Assembly: GCF_001644705.1 (NCBI RefSeq)
Contig: NZ_CP015137.1
Coordinates: 4,680,001 to 4,712,000, forward strand
Direction of reading: 5' to 3'
Origin: Dickeya solani IPO 2222
GTDB lineage: Bacteria > Pseudomonadota > Gammaproteobacteria > Enterobacterales > Enterobacteriaceae
Length of the DNA: 32,000 nt
In this document: positions 1 to 8,223 of the stretch, one piece after another
Numbering within the stretch: the stretch's first letter is position 1
Layout: each line of letters opens with the position of its first letter
The notes under the pieces: generated by a model
Told to the model about the DNA's origin: nothing
Database searches by the model: none
What the model saw: the letters and a program-made list of their open reading frames with translations, nothing else
Position numbers and translations under genes: made by a program

Positions 1-3000
1 TCATGGCTGGCCGACATCAGGTTCGCTCCGGCCCCTAAACCGACGGAAAGCCGTCCTGCCGACGTCGGCACTTTGCCTTTTTGCTCGGCGCTGGGTTTAT
101 CCGCCAGGTTGACTTCGGCGCGGGCGTCGGCCGTCAGCGCGGCATCCAGGTCGAATTTAATCAAGAAGCCCTCTTTAACCCGGTGGTCATTGCCCCTGGT
201 GACCAGATCCAACGGATTTACATTGCCATCGATCAGTTTGTCGATGAAACCGGGCAGCTCTTTTTCACTCAGCGTGAATTTCAGGCCGTTCTGCTGCACA
301 GTGCCGATCCCGGCGTTGACGCTGCCGCCGAAGCGCACGTCCAGCCCCAGTGTGTGTTTTTTATCGTCAAAATCAAAATTCTTCTTGGTATCATTCGGGG
401 ATTGCCCCGTCGCCACGCCCACCTTGGCGTTCAGCCCGCCGTTACGCCCAAAGTTGACGTCGATACCGTTGTCACCGCGACTAAACGTCAGACTATAGGT
501 ACGATCGCCGGTTAGCCCGCCGCTGGGAATAATAGGGAAGGTGGTGGCGCTAATCAGCACCTTGGCTTGTTTCGGTACATAGGCGGTGCTGGCCCCGGCG
601 TTATAGTTACGGTTCACCGCCAGACTTTCGCCGTTATCCAGCGACAGAATGTTGTCCTTCAGCTTATTGGCCAGCGCCGCCTTGTCGCCCGCCTCCAGCG
701 TGGTGCGGGCGGTCAGGTTCACCGCGCTCTTGTCATTGCCGAACGCCTGGGTAAAGGTTTTCACCGCATCGTAATCAGCCTCCAGTGCGCCGAAACGGGT
801 AAAGCCCATATCGGTGACCTTTTTCACGTCGTTGCCGCCGTACTGTTGGTCGCGCAGCTCGCCGAGCGCCGCCTGAATCGGTTTCAGATCCGCCGCGGTT
901 GGCTGTTTACCAGACAACGACTCCAGCTTGTCGACGATGCCGTGTAAGTCGCTTGCGGTCATTACATCCAGCGCCAGACGGGATTTGGTCAGCGCCATCG
1001 CATCTCCCAGATCGCGGCGCGGCCCGGTCGCCACCTTGTCGCTCTGGTAACTCATATCCAACTTCTTATCCACGAAGGTGTTCAGCAATTCCCCGGCTTT
1101 GCTGTCTTTGGACAGCGGCGCCGCGTTCATCACCGTCGACAACGCCACGCTCAAATCCTTGCCGGACCGCTTATCATTGATGGATTGCACCGCCGATTTG
1201 AAGGCTGACGGTTTGAAGTTGTCATTCACCTCGCCGCTGTTCTTCAGCACGCCCTGATGTTTACCCAGCAGGGTCGCGGACTTGGCGGCGCTCATTTCCA
1301 GATCGTTCTGGAATGATTTCAGCTCCGCCATCAGCGGCTTGCCCGCCTCGCCCAGGTCAAGTTTCTCCATCCGGCTTTGCAGGTCGTCGCGTTTGGGGCT
1401 CCAGGTATGGGATGACACCGCCTGTTCCAGCTTTTTGAACATCGTCGCCTGTGTGTCATAGACCGATGACAACCCTTCGCGCCCTTTTATCTGGTGCTGT
1501 GCGGCGTCAATCGGCTTTCTCACCATCTCTTTGGCGGTTTCTTTGACATAGGCGCCGAGGAAGTCGCCAAAGTTACTGTTGAGCTTGTGGCTTTCCATAC
1601 CGGAGCGCCCCAGCACCTGCGCCTCCACTTTACCGGTGAGATTCGTCAACGGAATGTGCACCGCCTTGGTGGCGTCAGCCAGACGGTCATAAGTGGTTTC
1701 AGCCGCACGAGGCTGCGGGTGGTTGGGCTGCGTATCCGGCACCGCGGTTTTCCAGCCGCTCTGGGTCAGTTGGTGCTGCTGGTGGCCGTCTTCGGAGATC
1801 GCCGGCTCATGATTTTTGGTGGTGGACAGGTGTTCGGGTTTGACATCGTCAGGCGTGGATACAGGTTGCCACTGGGCATTGGCGCGCGCTTCGGCGTTAC
1901 CCTGTAACGCCTGCTTATCCAGTTTGAACAACTGGCCGTCCTTATTCAGGGCAAACAGATTTTGATCTTTGTCGAGCGCCAGATCCTTCACCTCACCGCT
2001 CAAACCGGCGGTCGGCAGTGGCTGAGGCGGCACCGCCGCGCGCTGCAGGCCGGGCTTGTTGAGGTGCAATTGCAACTCGCCCTGATCATTGGCGGTGACG
2101 AACTTGTTGCCATCCACCACCGCCAGCGCGGTGGTACCGCTGTTTTTCTCCAGCCCCGGCAGCGGGTCGCCCGCCGACGGCGAGTTGCGCCCCTGCGTCA
2201 CGGCAAACACGTTATTATCGCCGTGGGTGACGCTGTCCGCCTTCTGGTTGATGGACAGCTTCTTCACCTGCCCGTCGTCCAGCACATACGCCTGATTATC
2301 CAGCCCGCGTTTCAACTGACTGGCGCCGACGTCGGTTTTGGTCCAGCTCTGGGTGGTGCTGTCAAGGTAGTGTACTTTGCCTTCATGCAGCGCCATGGTG
2401 CCGAGCCGCCCCAGGTCCATGACATCGTGGGGCTGCGGCCGCACCGCATTTAACCCGGCCTTGTTATCCACCACCAGCGCGTCGCTCAGGTTCCAGCCGG
2501 GTTTGAACCCTTCGGTTTCCCCCGGTTTGCTGCCGTCGGCCAGCGGCGCCAGATGCTTCTGACCGGCGGCGTCGTTGACCAGCGCATGCATCGTGCCGTG
2601 CTCGCCCGCCACAAACCCCTGCACCTTGTGATTATCGCCAAACGCCGCCTCCAGCGCCGGGCTGTGGTACGGTTCCAGCTTGACGGCGTTACCGCCGTCC
2701 TGCGGCAGTTTGCCGGCGAAAACCTTGCCTTCGTCGTCGGCGACAAACAGCCGGTTGCCCTCCAGCCCGACCGCTTTGGCGTTCACCTGCTCACTGCCGC
2801 GCGCCAGCGCCACCTGGCCGTCCAGTTTCAGGTCGAGGGTTTTGTGATCCGCGGCGGGCGCATCCGCTTTCGGCAGCAGATGAATCTGCGCGGTGCTGTT
2901 GTCTTTTTCGGTCAGCACCGCCACATTGCCCTGCGCATTGGCTGAGAACGACTTGATTTTGTCGGCAAACGGCGCTGAATCGTGCCCCGCCGACAGGTTG

Positions 3001-3839
3001 CTCAGCGTCTTATCATCCTTGACGGCATACAGCTTGCCATCCGCCTGCCCGGCAAGCTGGCTGTGCGGGGTGTCGCTTTTCTTCTCCCACACCTGGTCGG
3101 CGTTCAGGCTGTAAAGCGCTTTGTCATGTATTTGCAGTTTTTCATTGCCGTGCGCCGGATCGGTATGCACCCCGGTCAACTGCGCCTGCGCGGCCTGACC
3201 GGGCTGCGGCAGGTTGATGGTGTTGACGCCGTTACGATTGACGACCGACGCGCGTACGTGGGTGTCGTCCATCCCCAACGTGTAGCTGGCCTGATTCTTG
3301 CCCGACAGCGCCTCGCCGGCTTTGGCGGCCTGCGTCGGCGTACTGGTGTGCAGCGCCACCAGACTGTCGCCGGACTGTTGCAGGCTGAACAGGCGGCCGC
3401 TTTTGTCCATGAGTACATGCTGGCTGCCGTCTTCCGCGGCCTGATGCGCCACAAACGGCAGGCTGTTTTTGCCTATCGTCTGTGACAACAGCGTTTTCAG
3501 GTGATCGGGCACCCCATCGCCCAGCGTAAGCTGGCCCTTTTTATCCAGCGACACCTGATCTTTCGCCGGTGCGGGCGACAGAGCACGGTCGATCGCCGAC
3601 TGCATGTCCTTCAGATTGGGAGAGCGGCCAATCTGCGCACCTTCATTTTTTGGCAACGACGGCTGCTGACTGACCGGCGTCATCCTGGCCTGCATCCCTT
3701 CCCTCTGCAACGACGAAGAAGAAGACTGCCCGGACACCGACGCACTGCCTTGCGTCAGAGCATGAGTTGCTTTCGCGGCGGCGGGCTGTGTGTCCGTCAC
3801 CGATTGCTGACGCTGAATATGATTGATATTGCCCAACAT
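1..3839 (-). CDS. dspE: DspA/E (AvrE-family) type III effector, N-terminal ~1279 codons; the gene continues past the left edge
   Basis: Hand translation of the minus strand from ATG 3839 gives MLGNINHIQRQQSVTDTQPAAAKATHALTQGSASVSGQSSSSSLQREGMQARMTPVSQQPSLPKNEGAQIGRSPNLKDMQSAIDRAL... The frame stayed open over the first ~470 codons and the last ~40 codons that I checked. The ORF is absent from the track only because it has no in-window stop. The track lists only short overlapping ORFs here. The length, the Ser/Gln-rich N-terminus and the repeated ...DGKLYA / GNRLFVADDEGKVF-type blocks fit the DspE/WtsE/AvrE family. A perfect hrp box sits 43 nt upstream. Confidence 0.85.
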   Translation of the reverse strand, partial: MLGNINHIQRQQSVTDTQPAAAKATHALTQGSASVSGQSSSSSLQREGMQARMTPVSQQPSLPKNEGAQIGRSPNLKDMQSAIDRALSPAPAKDQVSLDKKGQLTLGDGVPDHLKTLLSQTIGKNSLPFVAHQAAEDGSQHVLMDKSGRLFSLQQSGDSLVALHTSTPTQAAKAGEALSGKNQASYTLGMDDTHVRASVVNRNGVNTINLPQPGQAAQAQLTGVHTDPAHGNEKLQIHDKALYSLNADQVWEKKSDTPHSQLAGQADGKLYAVKDDKTLSNLSAGHDSAPFADKIKSFSANAQGNVAVLTEKDNSTAQIHLLPKADAPAADHKTLDLKLDGQVALARGSEQVNAKAVGLEGNRLFVADDEGKVFAGKLPQDGGNAVKLEPYHSPALEAAFGDNHKVQGFVAGEHGTMHALVNDAAGQKHLAPLADGSKPGETEGFKPGWNLSDALVVDNKAGLNAVRPQPHDVMDLGRLGTMALHEGKVHYLDSTTQSWTKTDVGASQLKRGLDNQAYVLDDGQVKKLSINQKADSVTHGDNNVFAVTQGRNSPSAGDPLPGLEKNSGTTALAVVDGNKFVTANDQGELQLHLNKPGLQRAAVPPQPLPTAGLSGEVKDLALDKDQNLFALNKDGQLFKLDKQALQGNAEARANAQWQPVSTPDDVKPEHLSTTKNHEPAISEDGHQQHQLTQSGWKTAVPDTQPNHPQPRAAETTYDRLADATKAVHIPLTNLTGKVEAQVLGRSGMESHKLNSNFGDFLGAYVKETAKEMVRKPIDAAQHQIKGREGLSSVYDTQATMFKKLEQAVSSHTWSPKRDDLQSRMEKLDLGEAGKPLMAELKSFQNDLEMSAAKSATLLGKHQGVLKNSGEVNDNFKPSAFKSAVQSINDKRSGKDLSVALSTVMNAAPLSKDSKAGELLNTFVDKKLDMSYQSDKVATGPRRDLGDAMALTKSRLALDVMTASDLHGIVDKLESLSGKQPTAADLKPIQAALGELRDQQYGGNDVKKVTDMGFTRFGALEADYDAVKTFTQAFGNDKSAVNLTARTTLEAGDKAALANKLKDNILSLDNGESLAVNRNYNAGASTAYVPKQAKVLISATTFPIIPSGGLTGDRTYSLTFSRGDNGIDVNFGRNGGLNAKVGVATGQSPNDTKKNFDFDDKKHTLGLDVRFGGSVNAGIGTVQQNGLKFTLSEKELPGFIDKLIDGNVNPLDLVTRGNDHRVKEGFLIKFDLDAALTADARAEVNLADKPSAEQKGKVPTSAGRLSVGLGAGANLMSASH

Positions 3840-3881
3840 TGGCCTTCTCCCGTGTGCTGGATAAATGGGGGTTATGACTGC

Positions 3882-3909
3882 TGAGTGGTATGCCACCGCC
3901 GCCGGTTCC
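3882..3909 (-). promoter_or_regulatory. HrpL-dependent promoter (hrp box) for dspE
   Basis: The minus strand reads GGAACC (3909-3904), then ggcggcggtggcata (15 nt), then CCACTCA (3888-3882). This matches the GGAACC-N15-CCACNNA consensus exactly. Confidence 0.85.
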
Positions 3910-3951
3910 CGTCCGCCGCGGAATTTCTTTGCGGCTGCGCCGATAACGCGC

Positions 3952-3979
3952 GGAACCGCCGCCGCACTTTTCTTACTCA
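3952..3979 (+). promoter_or_regulatory. HrpL-type hrp box for the first harpin gene
   Basis: GGAACC (3952-3957), N15, then TTACTCA (3973-3979). The -35 is perfect and the -10 keeps ACTCA but has TT in place of CC. It lies 82 nt upstream of ATG 4061 and is divergent from the dspE box. Confidence 0.6.
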
Positions 3980-4060
3980 GCAAACAGCGGGCATTTGCCG
4001 TGCTGACACACGCACGTTTTCCATAACGGGCGTCCACATCCTGATGAAAAGAGGCGAACT

Positions 4061-5110
4061 ATGGCTGATATCAACATCACGCTCAGTATTCCCAGTGCCG
4101 GCATGAACGGCGGACTGGGGGGCGTTGGCGGCGCAGACAATCTGAACAGCGGTCTGGGTAATAACGGGCTTTCCGGCAAGAAGTCGACGGCGCAGGAAAA
4201 TCAACTGCTGGAGGCGCTGGCGGTGGTCCTGACCGCCCTGCTGCCCAGTCTGCTGAACAATAACGGCGGTCAGGGCGGCGGTGACAGCCCGCTCGGCCGC
4301 AGCAGCGATGCGCTAGGTGGCGGCGGCGCAGGCAACGCGCTCGGCGGCGGTCAGGGCAATGGATTGGGCGGTGGGTTGGACAATGGTCTGGGAAGCGGTT
4401 CGGGCGGACTGGCCGATGGGCTCGGGGCGAGCGGCGGTCAGGGCCAGAACGGGTTGACCGACATTCTGACCAAACTGCTGGATATGCTGATGCCGAAAGA
4501 CGGGGCGCAAGGCGGTCAGGGCAATGGCCTGGGCGGCGGGCTGGGCGGTGCCGGCGGCAGCGGCGAGGCTTCCGGCGCGCAGGGTGCCGGGGGCGCATCC
4601 GGCGCTGGCGGTGCGGGCGGCACCGGCGGACTGGAGGACCTCAGTAAATCGCTGTTGCAGGATACCGGCGAAAGCAGCCTCGGCAACGGCATTTCCCCGA
4701 CGCAGGACGGCGGCGGTCAGATCAGCGACAACCCGCTGTTGAAGATCCTGCTGGCGCTGGTGGCGCTGCTGATGGAAAGCCAGAAAAATCAGTTCGGCCA
4801 GCCGCAAGGCGGTGCAGGCGGCGGCAGTGGCTCCGGCGGCGCCGCTCCGGTTTCCGGTGGCAATGCCGGCGGCGGCTCCGCACCCGGCGTTGGCAATGCG
4901 ACCAGCGCAGCGCCCGCCGTTGGCGGCGGTGCCGCCCCGATCCTCAGTGGCGCCGCCCCTGAAACCGGTGGTATCGCCGCGGCAGGAGCCAGTAATAATG
5001 CCGGCGAACTGGCTGACGGCAAGGGGCAACCTGGCGCGGGCGGCAATCAGCCCGGCCTGACGCCCGCACCGGATGCCGTTGGCGCCGATACTGGGAAAGC
5101 CACGGTTTAA
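4061..5110 (+). CDS. Glycine-rich, Cys-free harpin; a paralog of the HrpW harpin domain without the pectate-lyase domain
   Basis: 349 aa. The N-terminus MADINITLSIPSAGMNGGLGGVGGAD is nearly identical to the HrpW N-terminus MADISITLSIPSAGLQGGLGGVGGAD. Shared blocks are LLEALAVVLTALL, LTKLLDMLMPKDGAQGGQG and GLEDLSKSLLQDTGESSLGNGISPTQDGGGQISDNPLLKILLALVALLMESQKNQFGQPQ. RBS AAGAGG lies 7 nt upstream. The protein ends in a degenerate Gly/Ala/Pro tail with no PL3 domain. Confidence 0.85.
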   Translation: MADINITLSIPSAGMNGGLGGVGGADNLNSGLGNNGLSGKKSTAQENQLLEALAVVLTALLPSLLNNNGGQGGGDSPLGRSSDALGGGGAGNALGGGQGNGLGGGLDNGLGSGSGGLADGLGASGGQGQNGLTDILTKLLDMLMPKDGAQGGQGNGLGGGLGGAGGSGEASGAQGAGGASGAGGAGGTGGLEDLSKSLLQDTGESSLGNGISPTQDGGGQISDNPLLKILLALVALLMESQKNQFGQPQGGAGGGSGSGGAAPVSGGNAGGGSAPGVGNATSAAPAVGGGAAPILSGAAPETGGIAAAGASNNAGELADGKGQPGAGGNQPGLTPAPDAVGADTGKATV

Positions 5111-5143
5111 CCATCCTATGCGCCTGATCGTTATCCACTTCGT

Positions 5144-5171
5144 GGAACTTATCAGGCGCTTCTTTCACTTA
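5144..5171 (+). promoter_or_regulatory. hrp-box-like promoter for hrpW
   Basis: GGAACT (5144-5149), N15, then TCACTTA (5165-5171). There is one mismatch in the -35 and a degenerate -10. It lies 69 nt upstream of ATG 5240. Confidence 0.5.
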
Positions 5172-5179
5172 TCTGGTGG

Positions 5180-5200
5180 CAGGCAGAGGTCTGCCTGTTT
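5180..5200 (+). other. 7-bp GC hairpin (caggcag-aggt-ctgcctg) followed by TTT, between the two harpin genes
   Basis: Inverted repeat read directly at 5180-5186 / 5191-5197. It could be a weak terminator for the first harpin gene or a 5'-UTR structure of hrpW, because it lies downstream of the putative hrpW hrp box. Confidence 0.35.
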
Positions 5201-5239
5201 CGGGAACGGCATCTCATCTTTGGGCTAAAGAGGCATATT

Positions 5240-6937
5240 ATGGCTGATATCAGCATCACACTCAGTATCCCCAGCGCGGGTCTGCAAGGCGGGCTGGGCG
5301 GCGTTGGCGGCGCGGACCGCACCAACAATAACGGGCTAGGCAGTAACGGGCTTTCCGGCAATAAGTCGTCGCAGGAAGGTAAGTTACTGGAAGCACTGGC
5401 AGTCATTCTGACGTCGCTACTGGGTAACGGCGGCGCGCAAGGAAATGGCAGCAACCCATTGGAGCGCAGCAACGACGCGATCGGTGGCAACAATAGCGCT
5501 GGCGGCGCTGATGGCGCGCAAGGCGGTGGCGGTTTGGGCAACAGTCAGGGACTGGGCGGCGGACAAGGCCAGAACGGCCTGGGTGACCTGCTGACCAAAT
5601 TGCTGGATGTGTTGATGCCGAAAAACGGCGCGCAGGGCGGTCAGGGGCTGCAAGGCAACGGGGTAAACGGTGGTTCAGGCGACAACGGCGGGCTTTCCGG
5701 CGCCCAGGGGTCCGGTGGCGCTCAGGGCGCCGGCGGCGCACCCGGTCTGGAAGATCTCAGCAAATCGTTGTTGCAGGATAGCGGCGAAAGCGCCCTCAGC
5801 AACGGCATCTCCCCCACCCAGGATGGCGGCGGCCAGATCGGCGATAATCCATTGCTGAAAATCCTGCTGGCGCTGGTCGCCATGCTGATGGAAAACCAGA
5901 AAAACCAGTTTGGTCAGCCGCAGGACGGTGCGGGCGGCAATAGCGGCGGCGGCGCTGCTCCATCCGTTGGCGGCGGCGCCGGTGGTGGTGCAGCGCCGTC
6001 AGTGGGCGGCGGTGCCGGTGGTGGCGCAGCGCCGTCAGTGGGCGGCGGCGCCGGTGGTGGTGCAGCGCCGTCAGTGGGCGGTGGTGCCGGTGGTGGCGCA
6101 GCGCCGTCAGTGGGCGGCGGTGCCGGTGGTGGCGCAGCGCCGTCAGTGGGCGGTGGCGCCGGTGGTGGCGCTGCGCCGTCAGTGGGCGGTGGCGCCGGTG
6201 GTAGCGCAGCGCCGTCAGTGGGCGGCGGCTCCACGCCAACCGTCGGCGGGGGTAATGCCGCCAGCGCGGCAGGCGATACCAACAGCACAGCATCCACCGG
6301 TAGCGCCGGTAAAGCAGGTCCGGTGTCTTTCCCCACCGCCGATAATGCCAACGCTATCGTAGTCAATGAACCGATCAAAGTTGGTCCGGGCGAAGTGTTT
6401 GACGGTAAAGGCAAAACCTACGTTGCCGGCCCGGCATTAGGTGATGGCGGCCAGAAAGAAGGCCAGAAACCGCTGTTTGAAGTGGCTGACGGCGGTTCCG
6501 TCAAAAACGTGATTTTCGGTAACAACGCCGCTGACGGCATCCACCTGCACGGCGACGCCAAAATAGACAACGTGCACTGGACCAACGTCGGTGAAGATGC
6601 GCTAACGGTGAAGAGCAACACCGGCAAACCGGCCAACGTCTCCATCACCAACAGCAGTGCACAGGGCGCCTCTGATAAGGTGTTCCAGTTGAATGCCGAT
6701 GCTAACTTCAACGTCGATAACTTCAAGGCAAAAGATTTCGGTACCTTCGTTCGCACCAATGGCGGCCAGCAGGGTAACTGGAACCTCAACCTGAGCAACA
6801 TTGATGCGCAGAACGGCAAGTTCTCGTTTGTGAAAAGCGACAGTGAAGGGCTGAACGTGAAGGTCAACAACGCCAACCTGGATAACGTCAACAATCACTA
6901 CAAAGTCCCCAAATCCACCAACCTGCAAGTAAGCTGA
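5240..6937 (+). CDS. hrpW: HrpW: type III-secreted harpin with a C-terminal family-3 pectate-lyase domain
   Basis: 565 aa. It has an N-terminal Gly-rich harpin domain, a (GGGAGGGAAPSV)n linker, and a C-terminal ~190 aa (AIVVNEPIKVGPGEVFDGKGKTYVAG...DGIHLHGDAKIDNVHWTNVGEDALTVKS...FQLNADANF...FVRTNGG). The C-terminal region is typical of PL3 / HrpW / PelI-type beta-helix lyases. RBS AAAGAGG. Confidence 0.9.
   Translation: MADISITLSIPSAGLQGGLGGVGGADRTNNNGLGSNGLSGNKSSQEGKLLEALAVILTSLLGNGGAQGNGSNPLERSNDAIGGNNSAGGADGAQGGGGLGNSQGLGGGQGQNGLGDLLTKLLDVLMPKNGAQGGQGLQGNGVNGGSGDNGGLSGAQGSGGAQGAGGAPGLEDLSKSLLQDSGESALSNGISPTQDGGGQIGDNPLLKILLALVAMLMENQKNQFGQPQDGAGGNSGGGAAPSVGGGAGGGAAPSVGGGAGGGAAPSVGGGAGGGAAPSVGGGAGGGAAPSVGGGAGGGAAPSVGGGAGGGAAPSVGGGAGGSAAPSVGGGSTPTVGGGNAASAAGDTNSTASTGSAGKAGPVSFPTADNANAIVVNEPIKVGPGEVFDGKGKTYVAGPALGDGGQKEGQKPLFEVADGGSVKNVIFGNNAADGIHLHGDAKIDNVHWTNVGEDALTVKSNTGKPANVSITNSSAQGASDKVFQLNADANFNVDNFKAKDFGTFVRTNGGQQGNWNLNLSNIDAQNGKFSFVKSDSEGLNVKVNNANLDNVNNHYKVPKSTNLQVS
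5944..6232 (+). repeat. In-frame 36-bp tandem repeat (about 8 copies) encoding GGGAGGGAAPSV in the HrpW linker
   Basis: gcgccgtcagtg recurs at 5993, 6029, 6065, 6101, 6137, 6173 and 6209, an exact 36-bp period. A diverged first unit lies near 5955. Units differ only at synonymous or near-synonymous positions. Confidence 0.95.
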
Positions 6938-6950
6938 CAGGGAGCCAAAC

Positions 6951-7283
6951 ATGACCGAGCATGATACCGACATCCCTACCCGCTGGACCGAGCTGGTCGA
7001 CCGGGGCGGGTATATCACGCCAGCGCAGCGTCAGGCGTTCGAGCAGGCCATTCAGATGGTGACCCGGCGTCTCAATCTGGTGCTGAGCCAGAAAGAACTG
7101 CCGCGCAGCGGCCAGTTTGATTTCGATGCCTTTGTCGATTCACTGGAAGCCGATTTTCTGAAAAGCGTGGATACCTCGCTGGATCCGGAAATGAACAGCG
7201 ACGTGGGGCAGACGACGTTCTGGGTGATTCGCCAGATAGCGGACCACCTGATCACCCTGCAACAACAGCGGCATGCGTTGTAG
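6951..7283 (+). CDS. Hypothetical small acidic protein co-transcribed with hrpW; possible T3SS chaperone or accessory protein
   Basis: 110 aa, starting 13 nt after the hrpW stop. RBS GGGAG lies 6 nt upstream. The protein is rich in Asp/Glu with no signal peptide. A strong terminator follows. I do not recognise the family, and it is not DspF-like by eye. Confidence 0.6.
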   Translation: MTEHDTDIPTRWTELVDRGGYITPAQRQAFEQAIQMVTRRLNLVLSQKELPRSGQFDFDAFVDSLEADFLKSVDTSLDPEMNSDVGQTTFWVIRQIADHLITLQQQRHAL

Positions 7284-7316
7284 CGTAACGACATTACCCT
7301 CATCATCCTTCATCAC

Positions 7317-7343
7317 AAGCCAGCGCCAAACGCTGGCTTTTTT
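7317..7343 (+). terminator. Rho-independent terminator of the hrpW operon
   Basis: aagccagcg-ccaaa-cgctggctt stem (9 bp) followed by TTTTTT. Confidence 0.85.
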
Positions 7344-7410
7344 ATGCTTCGAATTCGGCCGCCCGTTTCAGCTTGTGACGCCGCGCCGGTGCCGCGTACA
7401 ATTGTTCGGG

Positions 7411-7458
7411 TATTAATGTATTCGGGTATTAATGTATTCAGATATTAATGTATTCAGA
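7411..7458 (+). repeat. Three tandem copies of a 16-bp AT-rich unit (tattaatgtattcNNN) upstream of the SDR gene
   Basis: tattaatgtattcggg / tattaatgtattcaga / tattaatgtattcaga, followed by a partial tattcggg. The array lies 54 nt upstream of ATG 7512. Confidence 0.9.
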
Positions 7459-7511
7459 TATTCGGGCGACATCATCCGATAGCAATCAGACCACTCAGGA
7501 GGTGACAGGTT

Positions 7512-8186
7512 ATGAGTTCAGGACAACGCGCACTGATTATCGGCGCTTCTCGCGGGCTGGGATTAGGCATCGCCACCGCCCTGCATCAGCAGGGTTGGGC
7601 CGTCACCGCCACCCGGCGCTCGCCTTCCGCCGCCACCGATAACCTGCCGGCACGCTGGCTGGCGCTGGATATCAACGACGCCGCGCAGCGTACCGCATTT
7701 TGCCAGACGCTGGCGCAGGACAGTTTTGATCTGGTGCTGATTAATGCGGGCGTCTATGGCCCGGAGCGACAGGATCTAACCGCTGTCGACCCCGAGCAGC
7801 TAATTCCGTTGTTCCTGACCAACACGCTGGCGCCGATCGCGCTGGCGTCGGCACTGCTGCCGCATCTGGCGCCGCACGCCACGCTGGCGTTCATGACGTC
7901 ACGGCTGGGCAGTCTGACAGAAAACGCCAGTGCGGAACTGCCCTTCTATGCCGCCAGCAAGGCGGCGCTGAACATGTTGACGCGCGGCCTGAGCGACGCC
8001 GTATCCGACCATCAGGTCACGCTGCTGTCCTTACACCCCGGCTGGGTGCAGACTGACCTCGGCGGCAGCAGCGCACCGCTGACGATAGAGAGCAGCGTCA
8101 GCGGCCTGCTGCAACAGATAACGCGTTATCAGGGCAAAGGCGGCCACCATTTTGTCGACTATGCCGGCAACCTACTGGCATGGTGA
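7512..8186 (+). CDS. Short-chain dehydrogenase/reductase (SDR) family oxidoreductase
   Basis: 224 aa. N-terminal cofactor-binding motif ALIIGASRGLGLG and catalytic YAASKAALN (YxxxK). RBS AGGAGG. Confidence 0.85.
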   Translation: MSSGQRALIIGASRGLGLGIATALHQQGWAVTATRRSPSAATDNLPARWLALDINDAAQRTAFCQTLAQDSFDLVLINAGVYGPERQDLTAVDPEQLIPLFLTNTLAPIALASALLPHLAPHATLAFMTSRLGSLTENASAELPFYAASKAALNMLTRGLSDAVSDHQVTLLSLHPGWVQTDLGGSSAPLTIESSVSGLLQQITRYQGKGGHHFVDYAGNLLAW

Positions 8187-8223
8187 TACCGCCCGTTAAA
8201 CGCCAATAATAACAATGCGTTAT

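Noticed and set aside
73-3884. A series of 60-170-aa plus-strand ORFs covering the first 3.9 kb
   Set aside because: They overlap one another and lie antisense to one continuous minus-strand frame (DspE). That frame is missing from the track only because it is truncated by the window edge. Their sequences are not protein-like.
5944-6232. A 36-bp periodic repeat that might be taken for a CRISPR array
   Set aside because: The units are contiguous with no unique spacers. They are in frame within hrpW and encode a Gly/Ala/Pro linker. No cas genes or leader are present.
5796-6414. The ORFs 5796..6293(-), 5910..6362(+) and 5914..6414(-), which show periodic His/Arg/Pro or Pro/Ala repeats
   Set aside because: They are alternative-frame and antisense readings of the 36-bp tandem repeat inside hrpW. 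Their periodicity simply mirrors the repeat.
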